A stretch of DNA of 63,638 nt, the filler included, from Ministeria vibrans ATCC 50519 (taxonomy: Eukaryota > Protista > Filasterea), in the NCBI GenBank assembly GCA_943704425.1. It is 6 parts of 6 records of this genome, joined end to end, with 100 filler letters (N's around TTAATTAATTAA, not from the genome) between each part and the next. Parts side by side here need not be neighbours in the genome. Positions count along the whole stretch, not along the records: positions 1 to 9,303 come from CALSCP010001119.1; positions 9,404 to 12,664 come from CALSCP010002200.1; positions 12,765 to 37,749 come from CALSCP010001105.1; 3 more parts are not named here. One strand, written 5' to 3'. The notes below the pieces were generated by a model that saw only the letters and a program-made list of their open reading frames with translations, was not told where the DNA came from and made no database searches. This document shows positions 1 through 12,854 of this stretch, piece after piece (within the stretch, counting starts at the first letter, position 1; every line of letters starts with the position of its first letter). Made by a program: the position numbers and the translations under genes.

Positions 1-228
1 CACATCCCTTCCCCTCTTCGGCTCCAGTCGATCCATCTCTGCATGCACAGACACATCCCTTCCCCTCTTCGGCTCCAGTCGATCCATCTCTGCATGCACA
101 GACACATCCTTTCCCCTCTTCGGCTCCAGTCGATCCATCTCTGCATGTACAGGCACATCCCTTCCCCTCTTCGGCTCCAGTCGATCCATCCCTGCATGTG
201 CAGGCACGTCCCTTTCCCTCTCCGGCTC
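1..228. repeat. 51-bp coding minisatellite, about 4 copies visible (17-aa unit MDRLEPKRGRDVSVHAE on - strand)
   Basis: Unit cacatcccttcccctcttcggctccagtcgatccatctctgcatgcacaga repeats with few substitutions, in frame with the last HAUS6 exon. Confidence 0.9.
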
Positions 229-1802
229 CATCACGGCACTTCCCGCCATTGTTCCGCCCCCTTCACTCTCCCCATTGTCCCACCGTCTCCTCCTCCGTCC
301 CACTTTCCCTTCCACCGACCGTTGAATTCGCGATACTCCTTCTGGCGTACTCACGTCCTTTCCCCGTCTCTCCCACTCCACAAACTGCACTCGACTTCCC
401 TTCACCTTCGACGCACCTTCCTCCCACCCGTCTATCATTCCATCCTCTGTCTGCAATTGTGCCAGTCCCACTTTGGCCTTCAGCTCTGCTACTGTGCACT
501 TTGAGCGCGCAATGGCCGCCCTCAGCTCCCGCTCGAGCCCCTCCAGCGCTCGCGCACTCTCCGCCTGCTCCTGCTCCATACGCACACACTCCTCTCGCTC
601 CCTGTCAAGCACAGGCAGCGCGCTCTCATTCATTCCCTCAAACTGCAAAAACAAAACAATCGAGAATTGAAAACTTAATACAGAGGAAATGCATACTTAA
701 CAGTATTATACCTTCGGCTCAATATTGGCAACCCCTAATTGCGCCGCAACACGTTCCAGCTTGACCCTCCAGCGTCGAACCATTCCCACCAGCGTCTCCT
801 CTTGCCTCCATCCCTCATTCCGAATGACCTCTTTCGATTCCCCCAGTGCTCCTCTCAGTGTCTCCAGTGTCTCCCGCACTCGCTCACTTCCCCCTTCCAT
901 TTTCACCCACATCTCGCGCATCTGTTGTGTCTTTCCTGCCCTCCCAATCGCATCTCGCTCGGCATCCTCCACTGTACGCTCGGCCCCGCCGCTCTCGTGC
1001 AATCGAGCCTCTTCCAGTCCAGCTCGCTCCTCCAGCAGTTTCGCCTACTCATCCGCTTAGTATTTCAAGAAAAAGAAAAAAAAAACCGCACCTTGGTTGC
1101 AACAGCATCATGGTACTCTTCTGTAAGATACACTGCGTGCTTTCGCCACTGCTCGCGTTGCCACACGGCAGCCCGACAAGCATCAATAAAATCGTGACTG
1201 GCGCGCGCAATGTGCAGTTGATAGACACTGCGCAGGGTGTCAGGGGTGTCGGTCGGGCTCGTCGTCGACTCGGCAAGGCGTGGCACTCGTCCCAGCTCGC
1301 CGTACTGGCGCAACATGACTGTTTTCAAGGCAAACGTCGACAGATTCATCAACATCATTTCGAACCTACGCACAAGAATCATTGGAGCTTCAAAAGACGA
1401 CGGGAAACGGTACCGTTCGCCTTGCGCTTGCAGGAGCAACGAAGGCATAAGCTTGGGAACACGCGCCTCGGGCTCGCTGCACTGGAGTTGCGCCAGCCAC
1501 ACCGTAGCAGCGGTGCGAAATTCCGACTCCTGTCGTTTGTCGAGCGTTGGCCAGCACGACCGGAACACCTAGGGGGGCGTTCAGTGGACAAGCAGGGCAG
1601 GGGGGTGGGAGTGCTGGCATGCCTTTTGTGCGTGGGTTGCGTCGATTGCGGTCAGCAGGAAGTGCAGAACAGCGTCGGCAGCTGTGCGGTTGGTCGACGC
1701 AAACATTGCCTCGTCAAACTCACAGTTGTGCCGCGCGCGCTGCTCGTCGACATCAAACCCAAGCAGTGTCAAGTTGGTAAAGTAGACTCTGCGTGCCGAC
1801 AT
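1..1802 (-). CDS. HAUS6: Augmin subunit HAUS6-like, multi-exon, 3' end runs off the window
   Basis: Spliced N-terminus MSARRVYFTNLTLLGFD...MFASTNRTAADAVLHFLL...FRSCWPTLDKRQESEFRTAATVWL...PSLLLQAQGERFEMMLMNLSTF matches the HAUS6_N pattern. Coiled-coil exons follow, and the last exon is open to position 1. Confidence 0.8.
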
Positions 1803-1898
1803 GGTGGAAAGGAATTGACTACGACGAAATAATATGAGTCCACTTTATTATAACACAAATTAAAAGTGATCTGAGAAGTCACAATCATTCACCCAAAA

Positions 1899-4800
1899 AT
1901 GCCTCGCGGCAGTCGTCAACGAGACCGCTCGCCTCCCTCGTCACACTCCCTGTGGGACCCGTCCATTGACGACGACGACGCCGACGACGACGATGATTTT
2001 CTCGCGCACACGTCGAGCGCAGAAGACAGCGACGACGAATGTGCATCATCGTGCGTCTCGTCCGACTCGCCGGCGATCACGCGGGTTCCGCGACGGAAAC
2101 GAACGGCCGCGTCACCTTCGGAGCGCTCAAGCAAGCGCCGAAAGCGTGCGGTAGTCTCGAGCGACGGTGAAGGCGAAGAAGCGCCACAGACCGCGATTGT
2201 TTTGACCCCGTCTCGCTCTCGCGTTACGACGCCACCACGCGCCACCAGCGCCGCCGCGTCCGCCCAGAGTACACCTCTGTCCCCGGGCTCGCCCCAGCGA
2301 CCCATCATCCACGCGGCGGTTCCCGTGTCGCGCAAACGGAGCGCTCCAAAGGCTCTTGCCTCCGGCATGCTCCTCGACTGGGCCAGCCACCCCCCGGTCT
2401 GGCTGGACTTTGCCACGCGTCTCCAAGTCATGGATGCCGCTCAACTTGAAGCTGCCGTGGCGGCCGCGCCAATGGCCAGTGCTCCCGTGGCTCCCAAGAT
2501 CCCCAAGACAGTCACAGCGTCGCCAGGCACACCCGGCAAGAAGGGAGGGCCGGCACTGCACACAGCGCACACTCGCGAGCTGGACATCCACGAGATGTGC
2601 AAAGCCACATCGGTGGCACGCACGCCCATGGTGTGCATCGGCACGAGCAGCGACGACAGCGACACAAGCGTCTTTGTTGCACAGCCCTCGCTCGTCACTT
2701 CTCACTCGTTGCCGACTGCTGCGCAACTGAACGCAAGCATCGAGTACGATCTTGACGAAGAGGATTTTGTGTGGCTTGATCTGGTCAACCGTCAACGTTG
2801 CAACGAACAACTTCCGCCTATTGCGCCCGATGTGCTGGAGCTCCTCATTGATCGGCTCGAGAAGGGCTCCTTCTTTCTGTCTCATCCATCCGCGGCGATC
2901 GCTGCTCGCTCCCTTCAGCACGCCGCTGTCACCACCTCCACCACTACAACAACAGCAACAACATTCACGGATTCTACTGCGACCAAGGACTCGCGCGAGG
3001 ACGATGCGGAGGAAGAGGACGACAAGGACGAGGATGATGAACGTCCGCCCAACATGACGTCGTTGCTGTTGCCAATGGTGAGCGAGGACTCGCTGTGTAC
3101 AGTGTGTCTCGATGGCGAGTCGGTCGAGGGCAACGCGATTCTATTCTGCGAAATGTGCAACATTGCAGTGCACCAGGACTGCTACGGCGTGCCTTATATT
3201 CCCGACGAGCAATGGCTGTGCCGACGCTGCATCCACTCGCCTAGTCGCGCCGTCAGCTGTGTTCTGTGCTCGAGCCCCGGCGGTGCACTCAAACAGGTGC
3301 AGGGTTCCACCGACCAGTGGGCGCACGTTCAGTGTGCCGCGTGGATCCGCGAGGTCTCCTTCGACAACGACACGTACCTCGAGCCCATCTGCAATGTCGA
3401 CAAGATTCCGCGCGACCGCTGGCGACTCGTCTGCTACCTTTGCAAGGAGCGCGGTGTGGGCGCGTGCATCCAGTGCAGCAAGCCGTCGTGTGTCACTGCC
3501 TACCACGTCACGTGCGCCCAACACAATGGCTTCTTCATGGCCGTGACGGTCGAGGAGGATGCCGTCCACCCGCGCTACACCTCCTTCTGCCACCGCCACA
3601 CGCCCAGTGACCACCGCTCGCGACAGCGCAAGACCCAAGCGGCATTCCGCAAAACACAGGCGCGCGTGCAGAAGCTGCTACAACAACGAGCGACTGCGGC
3701 TGCCACGGTACCGACCGTCTCGTTGCAGCAAGAGGATGACGCCGGGGGGAGTTGCAGGGGTGAGGTCGTCGACATAGATTCGCACTCGCAGCAACACCGC
3801 GCCGTCAAGATGAGTTTGGACGGTGTGCCTACCATGGTCCCTGTGATGGCACGCAGTCGCGTGGACAGCATTGTACAGCGTCTTGCCATTGTGGGCCACG
3901 AGCAGTTTGTTGAGCGTGTGTTGGGCTACTGGGCATTGAAGCGTCAGGCGCGCGCGGGCGTGCCGTTGCTGCGTCGGCTGCAGGTGTACCGCATGCAGAC
4001 AGAAAGCGACGCCCAGCAACCGCAGCATCAACAGTCGTTCTCTCAGCAGACAACGCCTGGCCACGAGCACGACGCACTCACAGTCGCGGCAGCCGCCCAG
4101 TTTGCCAAGTCAAATCTTTCGGCAAAGTTTGCCGACCTTGACGACAGCGAAGACGGAGATCTGTACGAAGGGGAGAATTCTAACGAGGATGATGATGAGC
4201 TGGATGACGGGGACGGCGATGACGAAGGTGGTGGCAATGCGAGTGGACGAGCGGTGTACAGTGAATTGCGGCGACGACGCAAGCGACGGCGGCGCGAAGG
4301 GTTGGGGGTGATGAGCGAACCAGATCAGTGGCAGTATGTGCGGCACGACCTAGAGTGGGTGCGCATGTTGGCGGAGGTGGTGCGACAGCGCGAGCGACAG
4401 AAGCGCGAGGCGGTGCGGGTGTTGTTCCGAGCGTGGCAGTTGCAGGTGTGTCCTCTGATTGGACTGTTGCTCGCGACTCTCGATCAGGTGTGTGCGGTGG
4501 ACAGTCGCAAGATGTTTGCCAAGCCCGTGTCGGTAACGGTGTTTCGTGACTACCCGCGTGTCATCGACCAACCAATGGATTTGCTGACGATGCGCAAGAA
4601 GATTCTTGACTTCGCCTACAGCACCTTTGAGGAGTTTGCTGCGGACTTGTCGCTTGTATTTGAGAATTCACTGCGCTACTTTGGGTCCGATTCTCCGTTG
4701 TACAGAGCGACACTGCGGGTACGAGAAAAGACGACAGAGCTGATGAAAGACGCACGTGAGCGAGCGGAGGAGCTGGAGAGGGATGTGGGGGAGGAGGCGG

Positions 4801-6505
4801 CGCGACAAGGAGTGCACTTTGGCGAGCTGTTTGACACACGGCAGTACGTGACGTACGGGCAGCGCGATGACTATGTGGCGGGACAAAGCAGTGCGGGTGC
4901 GGGTGCGTGTGGAATGGATTTGACACTACCCGGCATTGCCTGTGTTGGTGTAGATGGGATTGAAGCGCGACGGGGACGACGTGCCAAGTGGGATGCGGAG
5001 GGAGAGAGAGAGGAGGAGGGGAAAGAGGGGGAGGCGGAGAAAGCGGAGGGTGAAGGGCAAGGAGCCGCAGGGGGCTCAGGGGCGATGAAGGCACGTCCGA
5101 GTTGGCCTCATCGTCGAGGAGGCAGTCGCTATGCGTTGGGAGAGGCTCTGTCACAGGTAAGCAGAGTGTGATATTGCTCCAACTGCGCATCATTTTTAAT
5201 GACGCGTTTCTTTTTTGTTTTACAGATGTTTGATCGGTACAGTGTGCCGTATGTGGAAGGGTCGCCAAGTGATGCGTTTGTGGAGCCCAGTGATCCGGAG
5301 ATGTCGGAAGAGGAGGCAATGGTAGAGGAAGAAGGGGACTTGGGTGCGACACGTCCGCCACGAACAAAAGGACTGGTGGAGAAGAAGGCGAAGAAGACGA
5401 CGAGTACGCCGATGAAGAAGAAGGAGAAGAAGGCAAAAACACCCAAGAGTGCGACTGCTGCGAGTCCACCGCGTCTGACTGCATCTGGGAAGAAGCGCGG
5501 ACGGCCACTGGGGAGCACCAAGGCCAAGTCATTGGCGGCGAAAGCGGCCAAGGCAGCCATGATGTTGCAGCGACAGAGTCAGCTGCTGCGCAAGCAGAGC
5601 AATGTGCGGCGTGTGAGGGCGAGTGGGAGTGCAAGTGCTGCGGAGGAGGAACGGGAACGACAGCAGAGGGCCCGATCACGCCTGGAGCGTCACGCGCGAC
5701 TGAGTGCCCGCGCGAGTACTGGTGGTGATGAGCCGGGGGCACACCTTGCGTCGGTGGTGGACGAGAAGCGAGTGACGGCTGTGGCGCGTGTGAGTTTGGT
5801 GTGTGCCGTTCCGAACGATCGACTGTCGCGCATGTCGGCCAAGCTCGTTCAGTGGGCTCGCGAGCGGTTGGGGGAGAAGAAGAACAAGAGTGGGTCACGG
5901 GTGAAGAGCGAAGAGGAGTCTGACGACGAAAGCGACGATGATGACGACGAGACGGAGAGGAGAGACGATGCGGAAACGCGACTGGTCATTCGGGCGTTTG
6001 GGTTTCAAGGGTCTAGCGTGAAGATTGGAGCGCTGGTGTGGGCGTCGGGGGCGCAGAACAGTGCGTGGTTGCCGGCTCAGGTGGTTGCATCGACACAGTC
6101 GCCGTCCAAGGTACCGACTCTTTTTTTGTGTCGACTGGTTGGTTATCTTTTTGGTATGTTTAGGAGAAGGTTCCAAAAGAGGTACTTGAGATGGCAGTGC
6201 AGTATGAGCAGAGAATGAAATCGACTGCATCGGAACAGCGCTATTTGGTGTGTTTCTTTAACACCCGACGTACTTGGTAGGCCAATGGATCCCAACAATC
6301 ACAATTAAATATTAATTTGTTCCATTGACCAAATCCATTATATTACTGTAGGGCGTTTGTGGGAACGGATCGAATGCTACCAATGGGGCAAGAGAGTGCA
6401 GTGGAGGAGGAGTTGATTGCGGAGGGGCGACGCAGGCTTAACCGGTCAATCCGCCGAGAGTATACTCTTGCTCGTGAATCTGACCAGCTGCAGACTGACT
6501 CATAA
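1899..6505 (+). CDS. BRPF1: BRPF/peregrin-like chromatin scaffold (EPc-N, PHD-ZnK-PHD, bromodomain, PWWP)
   Basis: IEYDLDEEDFVWL...LELLIDRLEK; CTVCLDGE...ILFCEMCNIAVHQDCYGVPYIPDEQWLCRRC; bromodomain FAKPV...DYPRVIDQPMDL; PWWP-like GALVWA...WLPAQV. Exons about 1899-5156, 5226-6110, 6172-6276, 6352-6505. Confidence 0.9.
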
Positions 6506-6651
6506 ACTCAAAATTGTATAGTGATTTGCTTTTGAACTTGGTTATCTTTTTTTTTTTTGTGATTTTGAACGTATTGTACGGAAAATAAAAAAGAGACCAA
6601 GCTCGAGAGACGGAAAGAGAGAGAGAGAGAGAGTGACATAAGAGAGAGAGA

Positions 6652-7552
6652 CTAAGACATCCCTTCGATGAGGGAGTCGCGCATGTCTGTCTTGAGGGCC
6701 ATGGGCTGCTGGTCCTGCAGCTTCAGGACACTCTCAATGACGCTGAGCTCTGTGCTGGTCGTGTCCAGTCCGCACACCGCCAGCCAGTCGTTGGCAACCA
6801 TGCCTGCGCCAATGACTGCCGAGCCACGGTTGACAGTGCCCGCCACCAGAGGAATCTGAAAATTATATTATAATAATAATAAGACGTATTATTATGAATT
6901 AATTTTATATTGTGAGCACTGTGGCAGGTAGATCCGATCATACCTGCAGGAGCGACGAGAGCTCATCAAGATCTGCAGGAGTAGTTGCAGAGTGGACGAT
7001 TCCACCTCGGTTGGTTAGACTGCTGTAGCTGCCCACGAGCGAACAGTCGCCAATGGTCTGTCGGAACACTTCCACTTTTAACGTGTCCGCAATAATCTCC
7101 TCTGTTTCCTACACATCAATCCAAGGAAAACAAAAAAGAAGAAAAAAGAAGAGAACAGATAGAAAGTGGTGTGTGATGAGAATGAGATGAAAAAAACGAG
7201 GATTGGGAGGGTAGGTACCCTGTCAATGTCCGGATGGACGAGAGCAACATAGTCGTTGCATGAGATGACGTTGCCCAGTGCGGAGAGGCGCTCCTCAACG
7301 CGGTGGATGACAACCTGTTCGGGAAGCGAGTTGCGCAGGTGCTGCAGCTCTTGGTCTAGCCATCGAAAAAGAGAATCAGCGTGATGCAGGCAAGCAAGTA
7401 GAATGCCAAGGCAAACCTGTGGTCATGTTGGGCACAAGGAGCCCATGGCGGTTTCCTGCGACTAGCCGACCGACAATGCGGCAGCCGCTGATCGAGGTGT
7501 GCACCACGGGAATCACGTCTGTCAGTTCGCTCTCAAAAACACTAACGAGGGA

Positions 7553-7644
<92 letters not shown>

Positions 7645-8201
7645 TTTCTTATTAAATGCGTTTTTCGATGGCGACAATGCTTGGGCGAGATGCACGAGGC
7701 GAGGTGGTGTGCAGGGACTGAGAGGGGGGGCTGGGCGGGAAGAGGGCAGCGTGAGGCGACGCGCGCAGAGAGGAAAAGGGAAAGAATGAAAGTTGAGCAA
7801 TCTCAGCGGCGCGTTATGAAACAGTCCTTAAGGAACGGTGCGTTGGACGCGAATTCGCCGCGAGGGGCTCTCTGCAGCAACACTGGACGCAACGAGAGCG
7901 GGGCGACGGTACAGGCGACGCGGCGGGCGGCAGAGCGGCTCCAAAACGATCCTCGTGTAAGACGGACAGTGTCGATGGTCGATGCTGCGCCCACAGACAG
8001 CGTCTGTGTGCCGGCGCCGCGCACACCGCCGTCGCGGCTCGACCACGCGCCCCTGCCTGCCTGCCCGGTGCGCTGCGCTATCGACCGGCCGAACCTGTAA
8101 AAGTTTTCGCTTCCATCGACGGCAACGAGGCAATAGCTCGAAGTGAGGGTGGAGAAGACGCCGACGTCATTGGAGCCTTCGTAAGAGGAACGCAGAGCCA
8201 T
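6652..8201 (-). CDS. EIF6: Translation initiation factor 6, multi-exon
   Basis: [27 protein letters not shown] at the N-terminus and [39 protein letters not shown] near the C-terminus. Confidence 0.95.
7558..7641. repeat. (GA)n microsatellite in an eIF6 intron
   Basis: Directly visible. Confidence 0.95.
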
Positions 8202-8314
8202 GATAAGGTGAGGTGAGCGTACAAGTCAAATGAAATGATTACGAATTTACGATGGAGTTGATCACTCTCGCGTTGGGGATTATTCACGATTAATATTTTC
8301 ATTCGATAGTCGCG

Positions 8315-9228
8315 ATGGCCGGGAGACCACGGTCGAGTAGAATGCGAATTCCTCTGGCATTTACGCCGGAGGAGGCACTTGGAGAGCTGCGGGGCTTGGC
8401 CTACGATCATCTGCGGACCATTCGACGACAGTAAAGACAGAATGACAAAAAATGACAAAGTGCGCTGTGTGGGCTTGTGTGTGGGCCTGCCTGGCGCCTG
8501 CCTGCGGAACTTAAGGTTTCCTCGACACCCGTAGCGCCACAGCGACTCTCTGCTTGTGCATTTGTCACATTTGCAATTTGTCCTCTTTTTTTTTTTTTCC
8601 TTCTCGTTTTTTTTTTTCGTGTGTGTTTCGACCAATTGGCGTCTGACCACGCACGCACGGTCTGTGTAGGCGCTCAAAAGAGCATGGCGCGGAGTCCGTG
8701 GCGGCCTTGGACGAGACGCTGCTGGTCAGAGTAGCGTGTAGAGTGGCAAAAGAGTTTGTAAATTCGGGCCGACTCGCTGAACATCGCGACTCAGCGGCCA
8801 TTGCGGCCGGGGACGGTACGTGCGTGTGCGCGGGTGGGTCAGCCACTGCGTCGGCTTGAATCGTGGTGCTGGCCGTGTCCACAGCGAGAAGGACGATTGT
8901 GCTGACTGCTCTCTCTCTCTCTCTCTCTTGTTTCTTTCTCCTCTCTCTCTCTCCCTCTGTGTTTGTATGTGTGTAGATGCAATGTATGATGGCAAAAAGA
9001 CAGCAATGACAATCATGGAAGCTGTTGAGGCGGTTGCAGATGAGATGGAGAAGGAGCGGAAGGTGGAGCTGGAGGAAGGACGGGCGAGCGAGGACCTGAG
9101 CGGGAGCTCAGTGCCTCTTGACGTGCAGGTGTCGGCGGTACAGGGCAAGCGCACGAGCATGGAGGACCGCCATTCGCTCTCCAACGATTTTAATCGACAC
9201 ACAGAACTTGACAGCCAGGTAATGGATT

Positions 9229-9303
<75 letters not shown>

Positions 9304-9406
9304 NNNNNNNNNNNNNNNNNNNNNNNNNNNNNNNNNNNNNNNNNNNNTTAATTAATTAANNNNNNNNNNNNNNNNNNNNNNNNNNNNNNNNNNNNNNNNN
9401 NNNTGT

Positions 9407-9496
<90 letters not shown>

Positions 9497-10648
9497 CATA
9501 CGCCCTCTTTTTTTGTCTCGTGTGTGTGTGAATTTTTATCTGCGTGCGCTGAATGAGAGTGCTGTAGGAGTTTCCGTTTCAATCGTGCTATTCGATCTTT
9601 GACGGGCACGGGGGAGTAGATGCCGCCGACTACTGTGCCAAACACATGCATTTGAACCTGTCACGCCAGCCTGACTTCAAAGACGACCCTGTAAAGGCTC
9701 TTAAGGTGCGACCCACTTTTTCGTTGTCAATCGAGATCTTGACGTTGCATTCTTATGATCTTAGAGTGCATATTTGATGACGGACGATGGGTTCTGCGAG
9801 AAGGCAGAGCGTCAACGGCTGCAGAGCGGGGCTGTTGCGCTGACAGTGCTGATCCGGGAGGAGCGGCTGTATGTAGCATGGGCGGGCGACGCACAAGCAT
9901 TGCTGGGCATTGGCGGTCAGGCCGTTGCCCTCAACGACCCTCACAAGCCAGAGAGACCCGTACGTGCCCATTACCACACACTCATACACGCACTCTCTTT
10001 ACCACTTTTTTTTCCCTGTCCCTCTCCTCTTTCGTTACGTCTCATCCAACACTGTCCCCACTCATACACACTCATACACGCACTCTCTCTACCACTTTGT
10101 TTCCTTGTCCCTCTCCTCTTTCGTTACGTCTCATCCAACACTGTCCCCACTCATACACACTCATACACGCACTCTCTTTACCACTTTTGTTTCCTTGTCC
10201 CTCTCCTCTTTCGTTACGTCCCATCCAACACTGTCCCTCTTTTCCGTCTCAGGATGAGAAGGCGCGCATTGAAGAGAGCGGCGGTCTTGTGGTGTTCTAT
10301 GGGACGTGGCGCGTCAACGGAATGCTCTCTGTGGCGCGTGCCATTGGCGACTGCAAGCAGAAGCAGCAGATCATTGCCGAACCAGATGTGGATGTGTTTT
10401 ACCTTGACGGATCGCCGTGCAAACCAGACAGTACCAAGCCAGAACGCATTGCCGATTTCTTAGTCATGGGCTGCGACGGTCTTTTTGACGTGCTAACGCC
10501 CCAGCAGATTGTCGAGGCCGTCGAGGAGCATCTTAAGACAAACGAGACGGGCCGTGATGGCACTGCCAAGGCCCTCACTCAACTTGCCATTGCCAAGGGC
10601 TCCTCCGACAATGTTTCTGTTATTGTTGTGTTTTTCAGTCACAAGTAA
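8315..10648 (+). CDS. PP2C/PPM protein phosphatase (PPM1E/F-like), spans a linker gap, start inferred
   Basis: QGKRTSMEDRH; IFDGHGG; YVAWAGDAQA; WRVNGMLSVARAIGD; FLVMGCDGLFD; GSSDNVSVIVV. The motifs continue in order across the 9304-9403 gap, which has (GT)n on both sides. Confidence 0.9.
9304..9403. other. Artificial assembly linker N44-TTAATTAATTAA-N44
   Basis: Six-frame-stop spacer flanked by Ns. Identical linkers occur at 12665, 37750, 39814 and 41727. Confidence 0.98.
9976..10240. repeat. About 90-bp tandem repeat x3 inside PP2C intron 9960-10252
   Basis: Unit cacactcatacacgcactctctttaccacttt...cgttacgtctcatccaacactgtcccc repeated three times. Confidence 0.9.
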
Positions 10649-11342
10649 AATGAAGAATAAAAATTTCCCTTCTTTTTGTTTACCATGCGATTCTTCACGG
10701 CTTGCTTGATTGCATGTGCCGTTGTATAGGGTGCGTATGCAGTGTAGTGAGGAGAGGAAACAAAAAGCGAATCGAAAACAAAAAAACGCTTTCCATTGAG
10801 AGTGTGCACGGCTCGCGCACGGTCACAGTGTGCGGTTGTCGATTGTGCGCCAGTACTGCTCGGTCTTCGTCGAGGCGTTAAAGGGCATGCATTTGGTATG
10901 TTGTCGCTGATGCAAACGCCCAACAAGGCGATGGTGGCGTACAATGTGAGTGCTTGGTGGGTCTGTGTGCTCCCCGTACACGCGTGTCACGGTCTACCTA
11001 TATGCTCGCGGTGTCAGCGCTCGCGCGTGTGACTCGCAAGCAACCTACAACAATATCCAGGATGAGTCCTGTGCCGTCACACAGACAAGACCACTGGCCT
11101 GCATCAGAGGTTCCCCTCAGGTATCATCGGTAGGTGTACCACGGGCGTCCCGTGACACTCAGTGCTTGACATAGTGTGTTTCGAGGACCACAACGAACCA
11201 CTCTTGAGCCTCTCTCTCTCTCGGAAAGCAACCACCAACCAACAAGTTTACGCCCCGTCAAACCGTAGTCAGTAAAAGGAAGTGTGCGTGTGGGGGGGGT
11301 TTATTATAATATCAAAGAAAGAAACTTGATGGTTTGCGAATT

Positions 11343-12253
11343 CTAGCTCTGGCCCTGAGAATGGCGGATTTGCTCGTCGTAGGCCGACGAGTGGAGTTTG
11401 AAGCCGTAAATCCGACTAACGTACTTTTGGTGTGCGCGTGGGGGGCGCAGGTCGGGATGCACGGCAAAGAGCATGTGCGGGAAGGTCGTGCCAAAGAACG
11501 CACCGTCTACATCTGCAACACACGCGATATGGAGGGTTAGTACTGCGGATAAGACAAACGCGTGTGCTTACTGTGGTAGCGCGATGACTTTGGGTGGTAG
11601 ATGTCTTCGCATTTGGGGCAGAAGAGTTTTACTGTGCTGTCTCCGGGAATGTCCGAAGGCCCGACGGGGAGCATGGTCTGTCCTACGCAGTAGACGCGCG
11701 GACACCTGCAACAGAATACAAACGCGCAAGTGTGAGGCGACGCACTGCATTCTTGTTTCAACGTGATTCAAAGCAAACACACCACTCCCTCCACGATTGG
11801 GCCAAACACATCACACCCCGACGTTTGAGTCAAACACATTGCTCTCGCGCAAATCAGTCATTGCAAGCGCACACCACTCCCCACTTAATCGACACACAAG
11901 AGACAATCACGCTTGAGCATGCTAGTAGTGTGCTACCTGCCAAATTCGCCAGACTGGTACTTTTCAATCATGTGTGAGAGGCCACGGTTGGTGAGAATGA
12001 AGCGCGCGTGAATAAGACCGTAGAGCATCTCGGCGCTTTGTTCTACCACCTCCGCCTGCTCGTCCAAAGGCTCATCTTCGGGTTCCAGGTCTAAGATCAT
12101 GTCGAGCGCCTGTCGATAGTCCGGCACGATTTCGTTGAGGCCCGTCAAGTTGAATCGGTCGTGAATCCACTCTTCGTCGATTTCGCAGAAGTACTCGTTG
12201 CCTCTCAACGAACAGAACCACGAAATCCACGAAATGTCGTCCGAGCTACTCAT
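11343..12253 (-). CDS. CSNK2B: Casein kinase II regulatory subunit beta, 3 coding exons
   Basis: [32 protein letters not shown]; [12 protein letters not shown]; CPRVYC...[13 protein letters not shown]; [14 protein letters not shown]. Confidence 0.97.
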
Positions 12254-12664
12254 GGCTTACTACGACAACAAAATGAGATTGACAAAAACGGATGTGACAG
12301 CGGTTTTTTCTCATTGTGTCTCGAAAGAATCACGTCGACAGCCCGTTGGAAAAAAGGAGAGAACGACGAGAGCCGCGGGCAGTGGGGAGGGGAGAGGAGC
12401 GTGGGTTGGAAAGGAACGGTGCACGGAATGGGGCAGGAGGCGGACGAGGGGCGCGAGGGAGCGGAGTCAAGTGAGAAAATACCAAAAAAACGCGACAGAA
12501 GAAGGAATGCGTGTGCTTTTACGGCGCAGCAGCGTCGCAGAGAGGGTCTTAGTGGCATGGGAGGCAGACGAGGGAAATCTCTTGAAGATCATGATACTTA
12601 CCAAGAGATGTGCGGCACTGCGGACATGGTTCAGCACAGTCGGCGGCGCTGGCCCACCGTAGAG

Positions 12665-12764
12665 NNNNNNNNNNNNNNNNNNNNNNNNNNNNNNNNNNNN
12701 NNNNNNNNTTAATTAATTAANNNNNNNNNNNNNNNNNNNNNNNNNNNNNNNNNNNNNNNNNNNN
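12665..12764. other. Artificial assembly linker
   Basis: N44-TTAATTAATTAA-N44. Confidence 0.98.
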
Positions 12765-12854
12765 CCCTGCCCTGCCCTGCCCTGCCCTGCCCTGCCCTGC
12801 CCTGCCCTGCCCTGCCCTGCCCCCGCTCACCCGCTCCTCTCCCTTCCCCAACAG

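Noticed and set aside
9304-9403. Palindromic TTAATTAATTAA motif repeated five times in the window
   Set aside because: It always sits in identical N padding, so it is a synthetic six-frame-stop linker and not biology.
9976-10240. Tandem repeats here, at 1-228 and at 61905-61978 considered as CRISPR-like arrays
   Set aside because: There are no unique spacers and no cas genes, and the context is eukaryotic; these are ordinary minisatellites.
10700-11300. GC-balanced stretch between PP2C and CK2beta as a possible ncRNA or small gene
   Set aside because: No RNA-family motif or convincing ORF; most likely convergent 3' UTRs.
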